From assembly GCF_963506605.1 (NCBI RefSeq), contig NC_083289.1, positions 21,948,001 through 22,012,000 on the forward strand: a stretch of 64,000 nucleotides of DNA. Direction: 5' to 3'. Positions 12,361 through 24,244 of the stretch are shown in pieces (the stretch's first letter is position 1; each line of letters starts with the position of its first letter). The stretch is from Zootoca vivipara (lineage: Eukaryota). Made by a program: the position numbers and the translations under genes. Under the pieces are notes generated by a model. It did not search any database. It was given only the letters and a program-made list of their open reading frames with translations, and had not been told where the DNA came from.

Positions 12361-12802
12361 AAGGATGGGGGAGAAATTCCATTCCATTTGCATTTAAAGG
12401 CAAACTCACCTAATTCACACTTTTCACAACAGCATGAAAACCGAAACACAACCATCCTTTGAAATTAGCACTTTTCTGGATTTTGCAAGGCACTGCTCCA
12501 GCCAAGTAACGTGTAGACCAGTGATATACTGGAGCAATGTATGGATAAAAATGCCATGCAAAGGGGAATTATAATAGGAAACACGGCTTTGCAAAAAAAA
12601 AAAAATGTGTACGTTAGGCAAAACTTCATACAAAGATGTGCATATTAGGAGAAATTTGTACTACAATGCTGATGCATTTTCACAAGGACTTTTAAACAAA
12701 AAAAAAAACCCCCTGCAAACTGATACAGAAATGTGGAGAATTGAAGACTGGGGAAAAAGAGAAACAAAGAGAAACTGATATTGACAGATTTGCCCATCTC
12801 TA
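12361..12802. mobile_element. Old AT-rich non-autonomous DNA transposon (TAGGGATG-type ends, hAT/Ac-like). About ten decayed copies: ~3470-3860, 20375-20620, 29425-29790, 34822-35060, 36160-36550, 37014-37340, 51750-52120, 54140-54245, 59770-60090
   Basis: Recurrent gaaattcgattcagtttgcatttaaag start and gacagatttgcccatctcta end. Confidence 0.7.
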
Positions 12803-12982
12803 GCCTGGACTCATTATATCCACCCTTAGCATTAAGGAGGTGAACCCTACAGTGGATGCAGGTGCACAAGTGTAACAGGTGTAACCTTCTGATCAGTAAG
12901 GTCAAGACTCAGGTGTGGGAGGAATCAGATCTGCGTAGGGGCTTGGAATGAGTTCCCAGACTCACTTTAGGGTACACTTCAA

Positions 12983-13347
12983 GGGACGCAGGTGGCACTG
13001 TGGTCTAAACCACCGAGCCTCTTGGGCTTGCCAATCATAAGGTTGGTGGTTCGAATCCCAGCAATGGAATGAGCTCCCCTTGCTCTGTCCCAGCTCCTGC
13101 CAACCTAGCTGTTTGAAAACACACCAGTTCAAGTAGATAAACAGGTACCACTGCGGCAGGAAGGTAAATGGTGTTTCCATGCACTCTGGCACTCGTCACA
13201 ATGTCCCATGTGCCAGTAGCGGTTCAGTCATTCTGGCCATATGACCCGGAAAGCTGTCTGTGGACAAATGCCAGCTCCCTTGGCCTGAAAGCAGAGATGA
13301 GCGCCACACCCATAGTTAAATTTGACTGGACTTTACCTTTTTACCTT
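12983..13347 (+). mobile_element. Sauria SINE
   Basis: gggacgcaggtggcactgtgg head, B box, acctttttacctt tail. Confidence 0.92.
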
Positions 13348-13376
13348 AAAACAACAACAACAACCAGGTAATGTCT

Positions 13377-13726
13377 AAAGGTAAAGAGACCCCTGACCAT
13401 TAGGTTCAGTCATGACCAACTCCGGGGTTGTGGTGCTCATATCACGTTGTTGGCTGAGGGAGCCGGCATACAGCTGGTCATGTGGCCAGCATGACAAAGC
13501 CGCTTCTGGCGAACCAGAGCAGCACACGGAAATGCCATTTACCTTCCCACTGTAGCGGTACAGTACTTATTTATCTACTTGCACTTTGAAAGCACATCAA
13601 AGCACTGCTAGGTTGGCAGGAGCAGGGACCGAGCAACGGGAGCTCACCCGGTCATGGGGATTCGAACCGCCGACCTTCTGATTGGCAAGCCCTAGGCTCT
13701 GTGGTTTAACCCACAGTGCTACCTGC
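13377..13726 (-). mobile_element. Sauria SINE, tail-to-tail with the previous copy
   Basis: Homologous to 7160-7502; aaaggtaaag tail. Confidence 0.92.
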
Positions 13727-15076
13727 TGTTTACACTAATTACATATACTAAAGTGTTCATAAAAATATTGCCCAGGGGTAAACTGTTGACGGGCTCTATT
13801 TCTCAATATGTATGGTTCTTGATCTTTGAACCAGACTTGGATGTGACACAGGGCAGGCCCTACCATTTGACAGAGTAAGACAGCTGCCTCAAGTGTTTGA
13901 CTAGTCTAGGGGAGGCATCAGAGCTCCCCGAAATCCCCCAAGCTAGCATAAGCTAATGGAGGATGTTGCCCATCCCCATTGTTGAAGTAAGATTCAATTG
14001 CCAGTCCAGTCAGATTTCTGAACATGAAATGAGGACACCTTCTTAGCCTTCCCTTCACCCCTCCTCCCTCCACATACCTTTTCCCTTTCATGCCGTTGCC
14101 GTGTCTGTTAGTTGGCAACCCTGAGGGTTCTAAATGGTGTTTTATCATTTTATGTTTGAGAGCTGCCTAGAGAGCATCTAAAGTTATTGCACAACAATAC
14201 ATTCAGTTGATAATGATGATAATAAGAACAATCGTTCTTAAAAATGCATCTGTAGGCCATTCTGGGAACCTTTTTGGCTGAAGAGGAGGGTAAAAACACT
14301 TTAAATAAACAAGAAATACTATTTAACCCAGGCTGATGTCTTCTATTTCTTCTAGAGGTCTTTGCAGACCAGAGGGAAATGAACTCCTGTTCAGCTGAAC
14401 GCTCAAATAGGCAGGTGCGGGATATGGTACTGCAGATTTTCTTCTGCTTCCCACATGCCTCTGGTCTCTCTCTAAAACCTTCAGAACAAGACCCTTGCGG
14501 ATGCTGTATCATCTCTCACTGATTGCAATGTGGAGAAAATGGCTTTCGACTAAGACCATCCACAAGCCGCTTATTCTATTACTTGTGAGATTGCGGACTC
14601 TGTATCTGCTTTGGGGTGGGTTGGGGTGAGAAGACCTTTAGCAGTGATGTAGTGCACATACTGTGTCTTGCTTCTCCATAGATACCAGTCTCACAAAACA
14701 ATTGTTCCTAGTTAAACAATGAAATCTGGCCCTGCGCTGCAACCAGGGCAGAAATCTGTCAGGTAAATAGAAATAACCACCTTGTAAACCTCCCCAAACA
14801 GCTCTGCTTTTATACTTTAATTGAGGAACAGAACATTTTAGGTTTCTTTTATAGGGTGGTGCTTGCTGAATGGCAGATGTCGACAGTGAAGTGTAACAGT
14901 ATGCCCCCTTTCATAAAAAAAGAGTCACCTCATCTCTTTGGAAAGACGTACACTTAGAGACCTGGATGAATAGCAGCAGGGTGTGGATGCAGAGCTCATT
15001 CTTGCACTTCTATGGAAAATGGGGAAACAAGTGGGAATCATCTGCCAGAAGAGAGATGAAGGAATTAAAGCATGTA

Positions 15077-15990
15077 TAGAATCCTAGAATCATAGAGTTG
15101 GAAGGGCCCCAAAGGGTCATCCAATCTAGCCCCCTGCAATGCAGGAATCACAGCTAAAGAATCCCTGACAGATGGCCATTCCACCTCTGCTTAGAAACCT
15201 CCAATGAAGGAGAATCCACCACCTTCTCAGGTGGTCTGTTCAATTGCTGAACAGCTTTTACCTTCATAAAGTTCTTCCTAATATTGCATTGGAATCGCCG
15301 TTCTCGTCATTTGAGTTCTCCCCTCTCGTGTAGCAGAAAACAAGCTTTCTCCCTCTTCCATGTGGCAGCGGTTCAGTTATTTGAAGATGGCTATCATATC
15401 ACCTCTCGGTTTTCTCTTGTCCAGGTTAAACATATCTAACTTCTTCAAATGTCCCTTATAAGGCTTGGTTTCCAGACCCTTAACCATCTTGGTTGCCCTC
15501 CTTTGCACATGTTCCAGCTCAATAGCCTTCTTAAACTGTGGTGCCCAGCACAGTACTATGGGGTTGGGAGGGTCTGACCAAGACAGAATAGACTAGAACT
15601 AATAATTCCCTTGATCTGGACACTATGTTTCTGTAGATGCAGCCTAGAATTGCATTAGCTGTTTTTCCTGCTGCATCACACTGTTGACTCATGCTAAGCT
15701 TGTGGTCTACTAAGATCCTTCTCACGTGTAATGCAGTCAAGCCAGGTGTCCCCCATGCTATATTTGTGCATCTGGTTATCCCTCAATTTGTAGGGATACA
15801 CTTCCCTACACTTCTACCTAAGTGTAGTACCTTACATTTGTCCCTGAGGAAATTCATTCCGTTACTTTTGGCCAAGTTATCTGCTCTATTAAGGTGATCT
15901 TGAATCCTGTTTCTATCTTCTGTGATATTTGCTAATGCTTCCAAGTTTGATGTAATCTGCAGATTTGATGAGCATCCCCTCTATTCCTTC
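15077..15990 (-). mobile_element. 5'-truncated CR1 LINE
   Basis: (ATTCTRTG)-type tail (tagaatcctagaatcataga) and ORF2 remnant LVDHKLSMSQQCDAA..KTANAILGCI.R.IVSRSRE..V.VYS.LVRP. Confidence 0.9.
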
Positions 15991-17087
15991 GCATTGAAAT
16001 GAATGGGATGGAATAATATAATGACCACATAGTTAACCATGTAACTTACATAATTTTGCCACAGCAGACAGAAAGACAAATGATGTAGCTTTTGGTGGAG
16101 GGTGAACTGCAGTGGAATGGAAACAGTTCTGCATGTCTAAGCCACAGGATTGAACGGAAAATGATGCCTCTTTACATCCCTAATGTTAGGATCTGCACTC
16201 CTATCTTGTTCTTCAAGGTACTAATAAAAGTGATTGTACAACATCTGAATATTCCTAATTATGGATTCCCTCCCCGCATTCTGCTTCCCAGCTGATATCA
16301 GTATTCAATAGAGATTCTCACTGATTTTTTCTCTGCCAGAGGCAATGGAATACATTATCTGGGAGCGAAGCGCGGAGTACTCATGGCTGCAGAAGCTCTA
16401 TGGCAATTTGGATTCCATGCTAGTGATAGGGTGTGAGCTTTCTTCAAAAGTCATTTTCACTGATGCTGACACATGAAATGTCCCTTGGCAACCTGTCTAT
16501 CAAACAGCAACGCGTTGTGCAGAGAAATTAGATTACTCATGCTACAACTAAGGGGCGGGGGCATGGAAAGGAGCGGAGAATTAACAACAACAAAAACGGA
16601 GTGTGGATACATTTGCAAGCATTTGGGAAGGAAGTTGCACTCGAAATCATGGGCCAGCAGCAGAATCACTACACACAAATGGCAAGAGTCATGCAGATCG
16701 CACAGGAGCTGACTGCTTCAAATGCCATGCTGCAGATTGGATCAACTAGTTCCCCCCCAAAATAAAAGAAACCACATAAAGATGCCCATTTCATTGTGCA
16801 TTCATTATGATTTTTTGCTCATGATGGTATTGGGCATCTGCTTCATCTCTAAGTTGCCTATTTCACATCGCTCCCTGGTGAGATTCTTAATCTTTTCCTG
16901 CCTCATGTGTTCTGTTGCTTTGCTTCTTTGTTGTCCTGCTTTTGTTCTGTAGTGCAAGAGTGACCCTCCAGATGAAAATAACGTGGTAACATCAGAGAAC
17001 CATCACAGAACAACTCAAAAGGCAGAATGGTGTGTAGATGGTCCAGTATAAACCCTCTACTAATGCACTATTGTTGCCTCAGTTTAA

Positions 17088-17568
17088 TGTGGCAGGATAA
17101 ACTCGCAAACAAACTCAGGCAGAAGTCTAGAGGGACCCCAGGGTTCTATTAACCCGGCTATGCATGTTCATTCCGATAGATCCTGCACACTTCATTCATA
17201 CAACCATTCCATGCAGAGGGTCCCTGGTTAAAACCATGGTATCTTCAGGTAGGGGTGGAGAGCCAATTCCAGTTGATTGCAGGCCTGTCAGTACAGATTT
17301 CCTTCTATATAGTGGTGGAATGGTCATGAGGGGCCTCTGGCCAATCAGAATGCTCAGCCAGGGGTTTGAGTTGTCACAAGGAGGACTGAGCATGCTCAGC
17401 GGCCTCCAGGTCCCATGGAAAGTTGAGTGTCAACTGGAAATGGGAAATGGGGTAAATAATGAATGAGCCTGCTTGATCCTCTTGCAGCTTATAATGGCCA
17501 AGAGGAGGACATAGCCGGCTGGCTGGAACCTGGAACAGGAGAACTCCTTTAGGGGTTTGAGGTACACA
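17088..17568 (-). mobile_element. Solo LTR-like element
   Basis: TG...CA ends, TATA-like ctatatag and ccaatc motifs; no TSD resolved. Confidence 0.4.
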
Positions 17569-17912
17569 CGGCCTTGGTCCAGTATACCTGAAGGAGCGTC
17601 TCCACCCCCATCGTTCTGCCCGGACACGGAGGTCCAGTACAGAGGGCCTTCTGGAGGTTCCCTCATTGAGAAAAGCCAAGTTGCAGGGAACCAGACATAG
17701 GGCCTTATCGGTGGTGGCGCCCGCCCTGTGGAACGCCCTCCCATCAGATGTCAAAGAGGAAAACAGCTACCAGATTTTTAGAAGACATCTGAAGGCAGCC
17801 CTGTTTAGGGGGGCTTTTAATGTTTAATAGATTATTTTATTTCATTTTTCTGTTGGAAGCTGCCCAGAGTGGCTGGGGAAACACAGCCAGATGGGTGGGG
17901 TATAAATAATAA

Positions 17913-17967
<55 letters not shown>
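17569..17967 (+). mobile_element. L2-clade LINE 3' end with (TTA)n tail
   Basis: Closely similar to 50120-50505; encodes RA.SV.AP.LWNALP...F...LK..LF. Confidence 0.9.
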
Positions 17968-17968
<1 letters not shown>

Positions 17969-20627
17969 TGCAACATTTAGCTACAGGTCCCACTTGTCAC
18001 ATTTATTCTCCAAATGTAATATCGCCCTGCAAGTTTGAAATAGACTACAAAACCCATGTAGCAGTGTGGATTTGGACTGATCAAATAATTATGTGGCTCA
18101 GTGTGCAATATAAGTATTTAAATAATTTGGAGTTTTGTGTTTATGGTGGAATTTCCATAGAAGAGACACACATGCAACAATTACCCATGTGGCTTGCAGA
18201 ATATTTGCACAACTTAAGTAATACATAACTCATGGTACAGTACGGCCTCAAGCAGCAACTTCTTGTGTCTGTATGCAATCAACATGTAAGACAAACAGCT
18301 TCCAGAGGATTATTTCACCACAGGCTTAAATTCTTCTCGATATTACTCCAGTTTTCACGCATATGCTGCTGACGTAAGCCTACTCTCTGCAAATTTGTTT
18401 CTGACTATTTTTGTCTTTTTAAAAAAGAAATGATAGTGAAGCAAACGTGGGTTTTTTAAAAAATAAAAAACCATGCTCAATCAAAGTAATGCAACTCAGC
18501 ACAAAAGATCCACAATTCCTTGTGTTTCTATGGTTTTATAAGCCTATGAGAGATTTAAAGCGGTTTCCGAGAAACTCAATGAGCCCAACTTTTGTGTGAT
18601 GCTGTTTGGCTCCCTTTCATGGAGAATCAGTTCCTTTGCCTTAACAGTGCAGAGTGGTAAAGCATAGCTTTACGAAAGGTAAGGAAAGCTAATTCACATC
18701 TTAGCAAAATCTCGTAAATCAAAATGTAATCCAGCACTGCGAAAGTTTCCAGTGGGTGGAGGGGGGGGGGCTGGGAATCCATGGGTGAGAAAAATATCTG
18801 TGCACATTCTGAGGTCAGAGCATCAGTATCACCAATAAAGAGGTAGCTTAAGACAGACAAGAATTTGGGGTTTGTTTTTATACTCAAGTTATTGTTGGAG
18901 TCTTTACCTGAGAGTCTCCTCGATGGTGTTTCGGGGTGCTAATTTAGACACCAAACTTTTCAATACATTCACAGGTAAAATTAATACTTTATACCGTATG
19001 TATCGCTTACTCAGTGCTTTTTTGTTTTGTTTTGGCGGGTTGTGTGTAAAAAATGAGGTGCCCGTACTCATATCCTGATCAAAGTGTCTTGAGTACCAGC
19101 AAAAAAAAGAAAGGATGGTACACCATACCAGTTAAGGCTATCGCAAAAAGGATTGCTTTTCCGTAAAATGCAAATTTTAAAACAGAAAATGCATGGCAAA
19201 ATTCATAGAAATGCGCCACCCAGCTGGGAGTTGTATCCCAACCTGCCAGTTCAGGAGCAGTGAATTGGGCTATTATTCTGCAGAAATGTCACATCTCTAA
19301 TTAAGCTGTGTAATTTCTAATTATGCTATGTGTGGCAAAGCCGGATGTATGCACTGCTGCCATGCTACGTCAGAATGTTGCCTGCAGTCTTTCCCCTTAA
19401 TGCGTGGAAGGAGTGGGAGACACAAACAGGCCCTGTCTTCTCCATGTGCTTACTCTTCATGCATACAATAAAATGCTTGCACGGGGAACTATGCGGAGAG
19501 CGTATGACATGTGATCTGTATTTGGCCCCCAAATGCAGATATTGCAAATCATATCCACACACACAGACACAGTTTCCCTGTGCAAACTTGCCACAGTAAA
19601 TCTCATTGTACTTCATGGGGCTTATTTCTGAGCAGACATCCACAAAAAGCCATCTCTTTGACTAGTCAGCATCTCCCAATGAAATCACTTGGCAACCTAG
19701 ACTAAACTAAACTAAACTAGACTGCTGGGGACAGCAAGAGGACCAGCCACTGGGAGGCATTATCAGGGAAGGGCTGTAGTTCATTGGTGGAGCATCTATG
19801 ATGTCCTAGGTTCAGTCTCCAGGGAGGGTTGGGGAAAATTCTCTGGCTTAAAGCCTGGGGAGCTGTTACCAGTCACTGTAGACAATATTGAGCTAGATGG
19901 ATCAATGGCCTGGCACTTTCTTACTGATCTTGGTATCGTTATATTGAATGTTATATTGAACTGGTCTTGATATTGTTATATTGCATGTGCAATTGTTGTG
20001 TTTTATGGTATGTCTTTGTTGTTTTGCATTGTAGGCTGCGTTGAATTTATTTTAATAGAACAGCGAGGTATAAGTTTTACATCTCTTCTAGCCATTGCAT
20101 GCCAGCAACCATTATTTCTGAATGCCAGCTTTCAAATACTGTAAAATCTGAGACAGCATTACATGTTGGCTATCAAATATCATTATCAAATACTGAAATT
20201 GAATCGCAGGAGCTGTTAGATGCAGATAGCAAATATTGAAAGGCTACCTGGCTTAATGGGAGCAAATTTGCTTCAGCCCTACTTGGAAACGGGCTTCCTT
20301 TATTGCCTGTTGGACTTACTGCCATGACGCTATTCCTAAGACAGCAGAACCAACCCTTCCAATCAGTTAAACTTAGGGATGGATGAAACCGTCAATTTTG
20401 GTTTCTCTCCCCATCTCATTGTAAAAAGAAAGAAACCCTTACAACATCTGCCAGCATTTCAGTCCACATTCCTTCTTTTTTAAAATTGGGTTTTATAAAC
20501 AAGAATAATAATGTGCCAATTTTTGCAACCAGTTTTCCCTAATACAATCTTTTTTTCCTGTGTTATTCTCACTGATAAAAATGCACACCTTTCCCTAATA
20601 GACACATTATTGTATCCATTTCTTTGC

Positions 20628-21371
20628 TTGAAGTTGGTCCCTTACCTCTCTCACCCTGACCTGGCCACAGTGATCCATGCGACGGTCACCTCCAGGCTTG
20701 ATTATTGTAACTCACTCTACGCGGGGCTGCCCTTGAAGCTGACCCAGAAACTCCAGCGGGTGCAGAATGCAGCGGCGAGGCTCCTTACGGGGTCCCGGCT
20801 GCGGGATCGCATTCATCCAGTGCTTTACCAGCTGCACTGGCTCCCGGTGGAGTACAGGATCAGGTTTAAGGTGCTGGTTTTGACCTTTAAAGACCTTTAC
20901 GGCTTGGGACCCTCATACCTATGGGACCGCCTCTCCTGGTATGCCCCGCGGAGGACCTTAAGGTCCACAAACAACAATATTCTGGAGATCCCGACCCATA
21001 AGGTGGCTAGATTGGCCTCAACTAGGGCCAGGGCCTTTTCAGTATTGGCCACAACTTGGTGGAACGCTCTTTCACAGGAGACCAGGGCCCTGCGGGATTT
21101 GTCATCTTTCCGCAGGGCCTACAAGACAGAGCTGTTCCGCCTGGCTTTTGGGTTGGATTCAGTCTGACCCCTGTGTTTTCCTCCCTCATGGTTTGGATTT
21201 ATGGACCACTTAAAATGAGGCTGCATTTTAAATTTTAATATTGTATTTTAATATTGTATTTTAATTAATTGTTTTCTTTTCTTTTATGTCTTATTGTAAT
21301 TATATTGGTGTTAGCCGCCCTGAGCCTGGTTTTGACTGGGGAGGGCGGGGTATAAATAAATAATAATAATA

Positions 21372-21405
<34 letters not shown>
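20628..21405 (+). mobile_element. 5'-truncated L2-clade LINE with open ORF2 C-terminus
   Basis: SRLDYCNSLYAGLP...LQRVQNAAARLL...LHWLPV...FKVLVLTFK; stop at 21165-21167; (TAA)/(TTA) tail. Confidence 0.95.
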
Positions 21406-21406
<1 letters not shown>

Positions 21407-22499
21407 CTCAGAGTCAGGAGAAGTGTGAATTTTGACAGACAGATGTGTTTCAGTTCCCATGTATTGCTTTTGGGAAAGGTGGATTAGGTAAGGTCATATT
21501 AAAAATGTGAGCCAAACCAAAATTCTTCCCCATTCCAAGTTAAACTATTGTGAATGGTAAACGCTTCCATAAATGTTAGTAAGCAGCAGACAGATTTGCC
21601 ATGCCTTACCATTGACCTAGGCACTGTAGATTTTTTGATAAGGCGATAATTCTGAGCAAGCACTGCAGCTACGAGTGGTGGGTGGTGGTGCTTTTCAAGA
21701 CACCGTCTTGCTGAGTTGGCAAGAATGAATCCAACAACCCGGCCAAAGTGCCGAAAATATTTTAAAAGCTCTATAAGTATTACATTTCCTAAAGCCACCT
21801 GTCCCCTCAAACACATTTAATCAGTCACAGATGGGAGAGACCAACCTGCTAACCTTTTGGCTTTGAGAGAAAATATTTCACTTTGTAAACCCATTCCTAG
21901 GTATTTCCTTAATTCTTCCTAAACGAAGCTTTCATCCCCTATTTTCCACTTAAACTTAATGAGTTAACTGGACTCTGAAATTCTGCCATGCTGACCTTGG
22001 AGGTCTGTTTAGCCTGCTTTCCACCTGCTCCTTTAGAAGTTTAGGCCATTAAAAAAAACAACAGAAAGAAAGGAAAAGAAATTCAAAAGAATGGAGCGAT
22101 CTCCCCAACCCTGTGTGATTCGCCCCCCCCCCCTCCTGAGGTGTGTAGAAGCTAAATTACAAGCTTTGAGGCACATGTTTGAAAGCAAGAGGAATGTGAG
22201 TTTTAAAATTATTTGCTGCAGAGTTCCAGATAGCTCAGAGCTTCAGGCTGATTTTTGCTCTATCTGGTTTGTAGTGCCATGACTGGCTTTTCAAAAATCT
22301 GCCACCGAGAGTCCATTCTGGCTGAAGGAGAGCAATTGGGCAGCTAGTGGGATGCACCTCAAGGTCATTTTTTGTGGTCTTGGAAGGCCTACCAAAATTT
22401 AATCAAGGCGTGTTTTTCCAGTTTTACTCGTAAGAAAATGGTGGATTTATTTTATTTTATTTCATTGCACTGCACTGCATTGCATTGCAATCCCTCCTT

Positions 22500-23211
22500 T
22501 TTCTCCACAACCACCCCGTGAGGTAGGTCAGGCTGAGAGGCAGTGATTGGCCCAAGGTCACCTAGTGGGTGAGTGGGCATTTGAACTCTGGTCTTCCAAG
22601 TCCTGCTCTGACACAGGGCCATCTTAAGCATATCTGGCGCCCTGACGCGAATATCCTCCCGGCGCCCCCCCGGCGCCCCCCCTGGATCGAGAAGAGAGAA
22701 GCCGCCCTTTCCCCCCTCCTCCTCCTCTTCCTCCCCACCCCTCCAATTCTTGTCTCCTGCTGCTGCTGCTGCCACCTGCGGCAAGGGACACCATCCAGGG
22801 GAGCGCTCGACTTGGCAGCCCCAGGCGTGCACATGTGTGTGTGTTTCTTTTGTGTGGTGTAATTCCTCCTCCGCCACCCCTCGACTTTCTTGCGCGCAGC
22901 CGGCTTGGCTCAAAGGAGAGAAGGCGGTGCGATTGGCTGCTGATTACCCAGCGCTGGGACTTCTGCACACACGCCGGAGACAAAACTCAGCCCAGGGCAT
23001 TGCCTGCCCCACTCGAGGCAGCGGGGAAGGAACCTGCAGGAGCTGCGAAGGTGCGCGCGACAGGCAGACTTGCCTGCTTGACTGCCCTTGGCCCTCGCGC
23101 CAGAATCCCCTCAGGCAGGGGGGCGCCCCCTGGCGGCCTGGCACCCTGCGCCACCCAGCCTTGCCGTAGGGCTGGCCCTGATCTGACACTCTAATCACCA
23201 AACCAAACTGG
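22500..23211 (-). mobile_element. Squam3-like SINE split by a hAT insertion
   Basis: SINE body at 22500-22613 resumes at 23181 (tctgacactctaatcac). Confidence 0.8.
22614..23180. mobile_element. GC-rich non-autonomous hAT element, 567 bp
   Basis: CAGGGCCA...TGGCCCTG TIRs; 8-bp TSD ctctgaca / atctgaca. Confidence 0.88.
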
Positions 23212-24178
23212 TTTAAGTAGAGGGTCTACCAGGTTGTAAGAAATATATATATATATATAAACACAGTACAGCATAATGTTTGGGATTATTGTATACCTTG
23301 CAGGAATGCCGTGCTGCTCTCACAGATAATATATATCAGATGTATGCTGCCAGTTACAGGAGTTATAATCTCACCCAGGACCCAACCATAAGATTACCAC
23401 CAGCAGTAATGAGAAGCATCCCGGGGGACATACTCCCACGCAGGAATTACATCGAGAGGTAGTACGAGATCAAGTTTTAAACAGATATCCAGGGTAATGG
23501 AGATTTTGTAAGGGCCGCAGTAATGGCAATTCCAGACACACAGCCTAATCAGAATCAGTGAAGTCAGCCAACACCCCCAAGTTGGCTGAAATCCAACAGA
23601 ACTGTAGCTCAGACTCCGTTCATTAAATACCAGCCTCCTCTCCATATATTGGAGTGAGGGGGAATGCAGAACATTTAGAGGCAGGTCATGAAATAGTTGT
23701 TTTCTAACACATTCTGACCCTCAGTGAAAAATGCCGCCCATGACAGAGCGGAAAGGGATGGAGTCAATTAGTTTTGGATTGACATCGTTATTCTCTTCTA
23801 CCTGGTGGAGAATGATGGTCAATATGTGGCATAAAAGGGGGGGGGGAGAGAGAGAGAGAGAGAGAAGGAAAAGCTGTGTTTTATTAGCTTTCCATCTTCT
23901 TTAAGAGATCACCAAACGGATCTGGTTTCACTTGGCCTTCAGCTCGTGTGTCAACCTTTCGGGTTCTGTTTTTGCTGGGGGATAGGTTTCATTGCATTAA
24001 TAGAGCACCACAAATGGTTCCAATTGAGAGAGGGCCGCAATGAGCTTGTCAAAAGCGATCAGGCCAGAGCTTTCAACGTTTTTGCCCTGGAAATCTCTCA
24101 AGCTGCTCTCCCCAGCCCTAGCCCTAGCCCCAGCCCCAATACCACAATACCCCTGATGATTCACTCGAGTTTGCTCAC

Positions 24179-24244
24179 CTGCTCTGAGATGAGAGGCTCC
24201 TCCACCTCCACACCCCATCCATTTGGACTAGTCTGGGGCATGAC
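24179..24244 (-). CDS. Possible phase 0-0 exon (66 nt): VMPQTSPNGWGVEVEEPLISEQ
   Basis: Acceptor cactctctccag|GT and donor CAG|GTGAGC are both near consensus; open frame in non-repeat sequence. Confidence 0.3.

Noticed and set aside
18908-19010. Minus-strand protein-like frame VLKSLVSKLAPRNTIEETL with a donor
   Set aside because: No convincing acceptor or phase link to the other exons.
20511-21167. 218-aa ORF as a cellular gene
   Set aside because: It is an L2 ORF2 C-terminus fused by chance to upstream repeat sequence.
22614-23180. CpG-island promoter with overlapping ORFs
   Set aside because: It is bounded by TIRs and an 8-bp TSD inside a SINE; the ORFs reflect GC richness.
23280-23462. 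Plus-strand exon candidate ECRAALTDNIYQMY...
   Set aside because: Weak donor, no partner exons, no recognisable homology; more likely non-coding.
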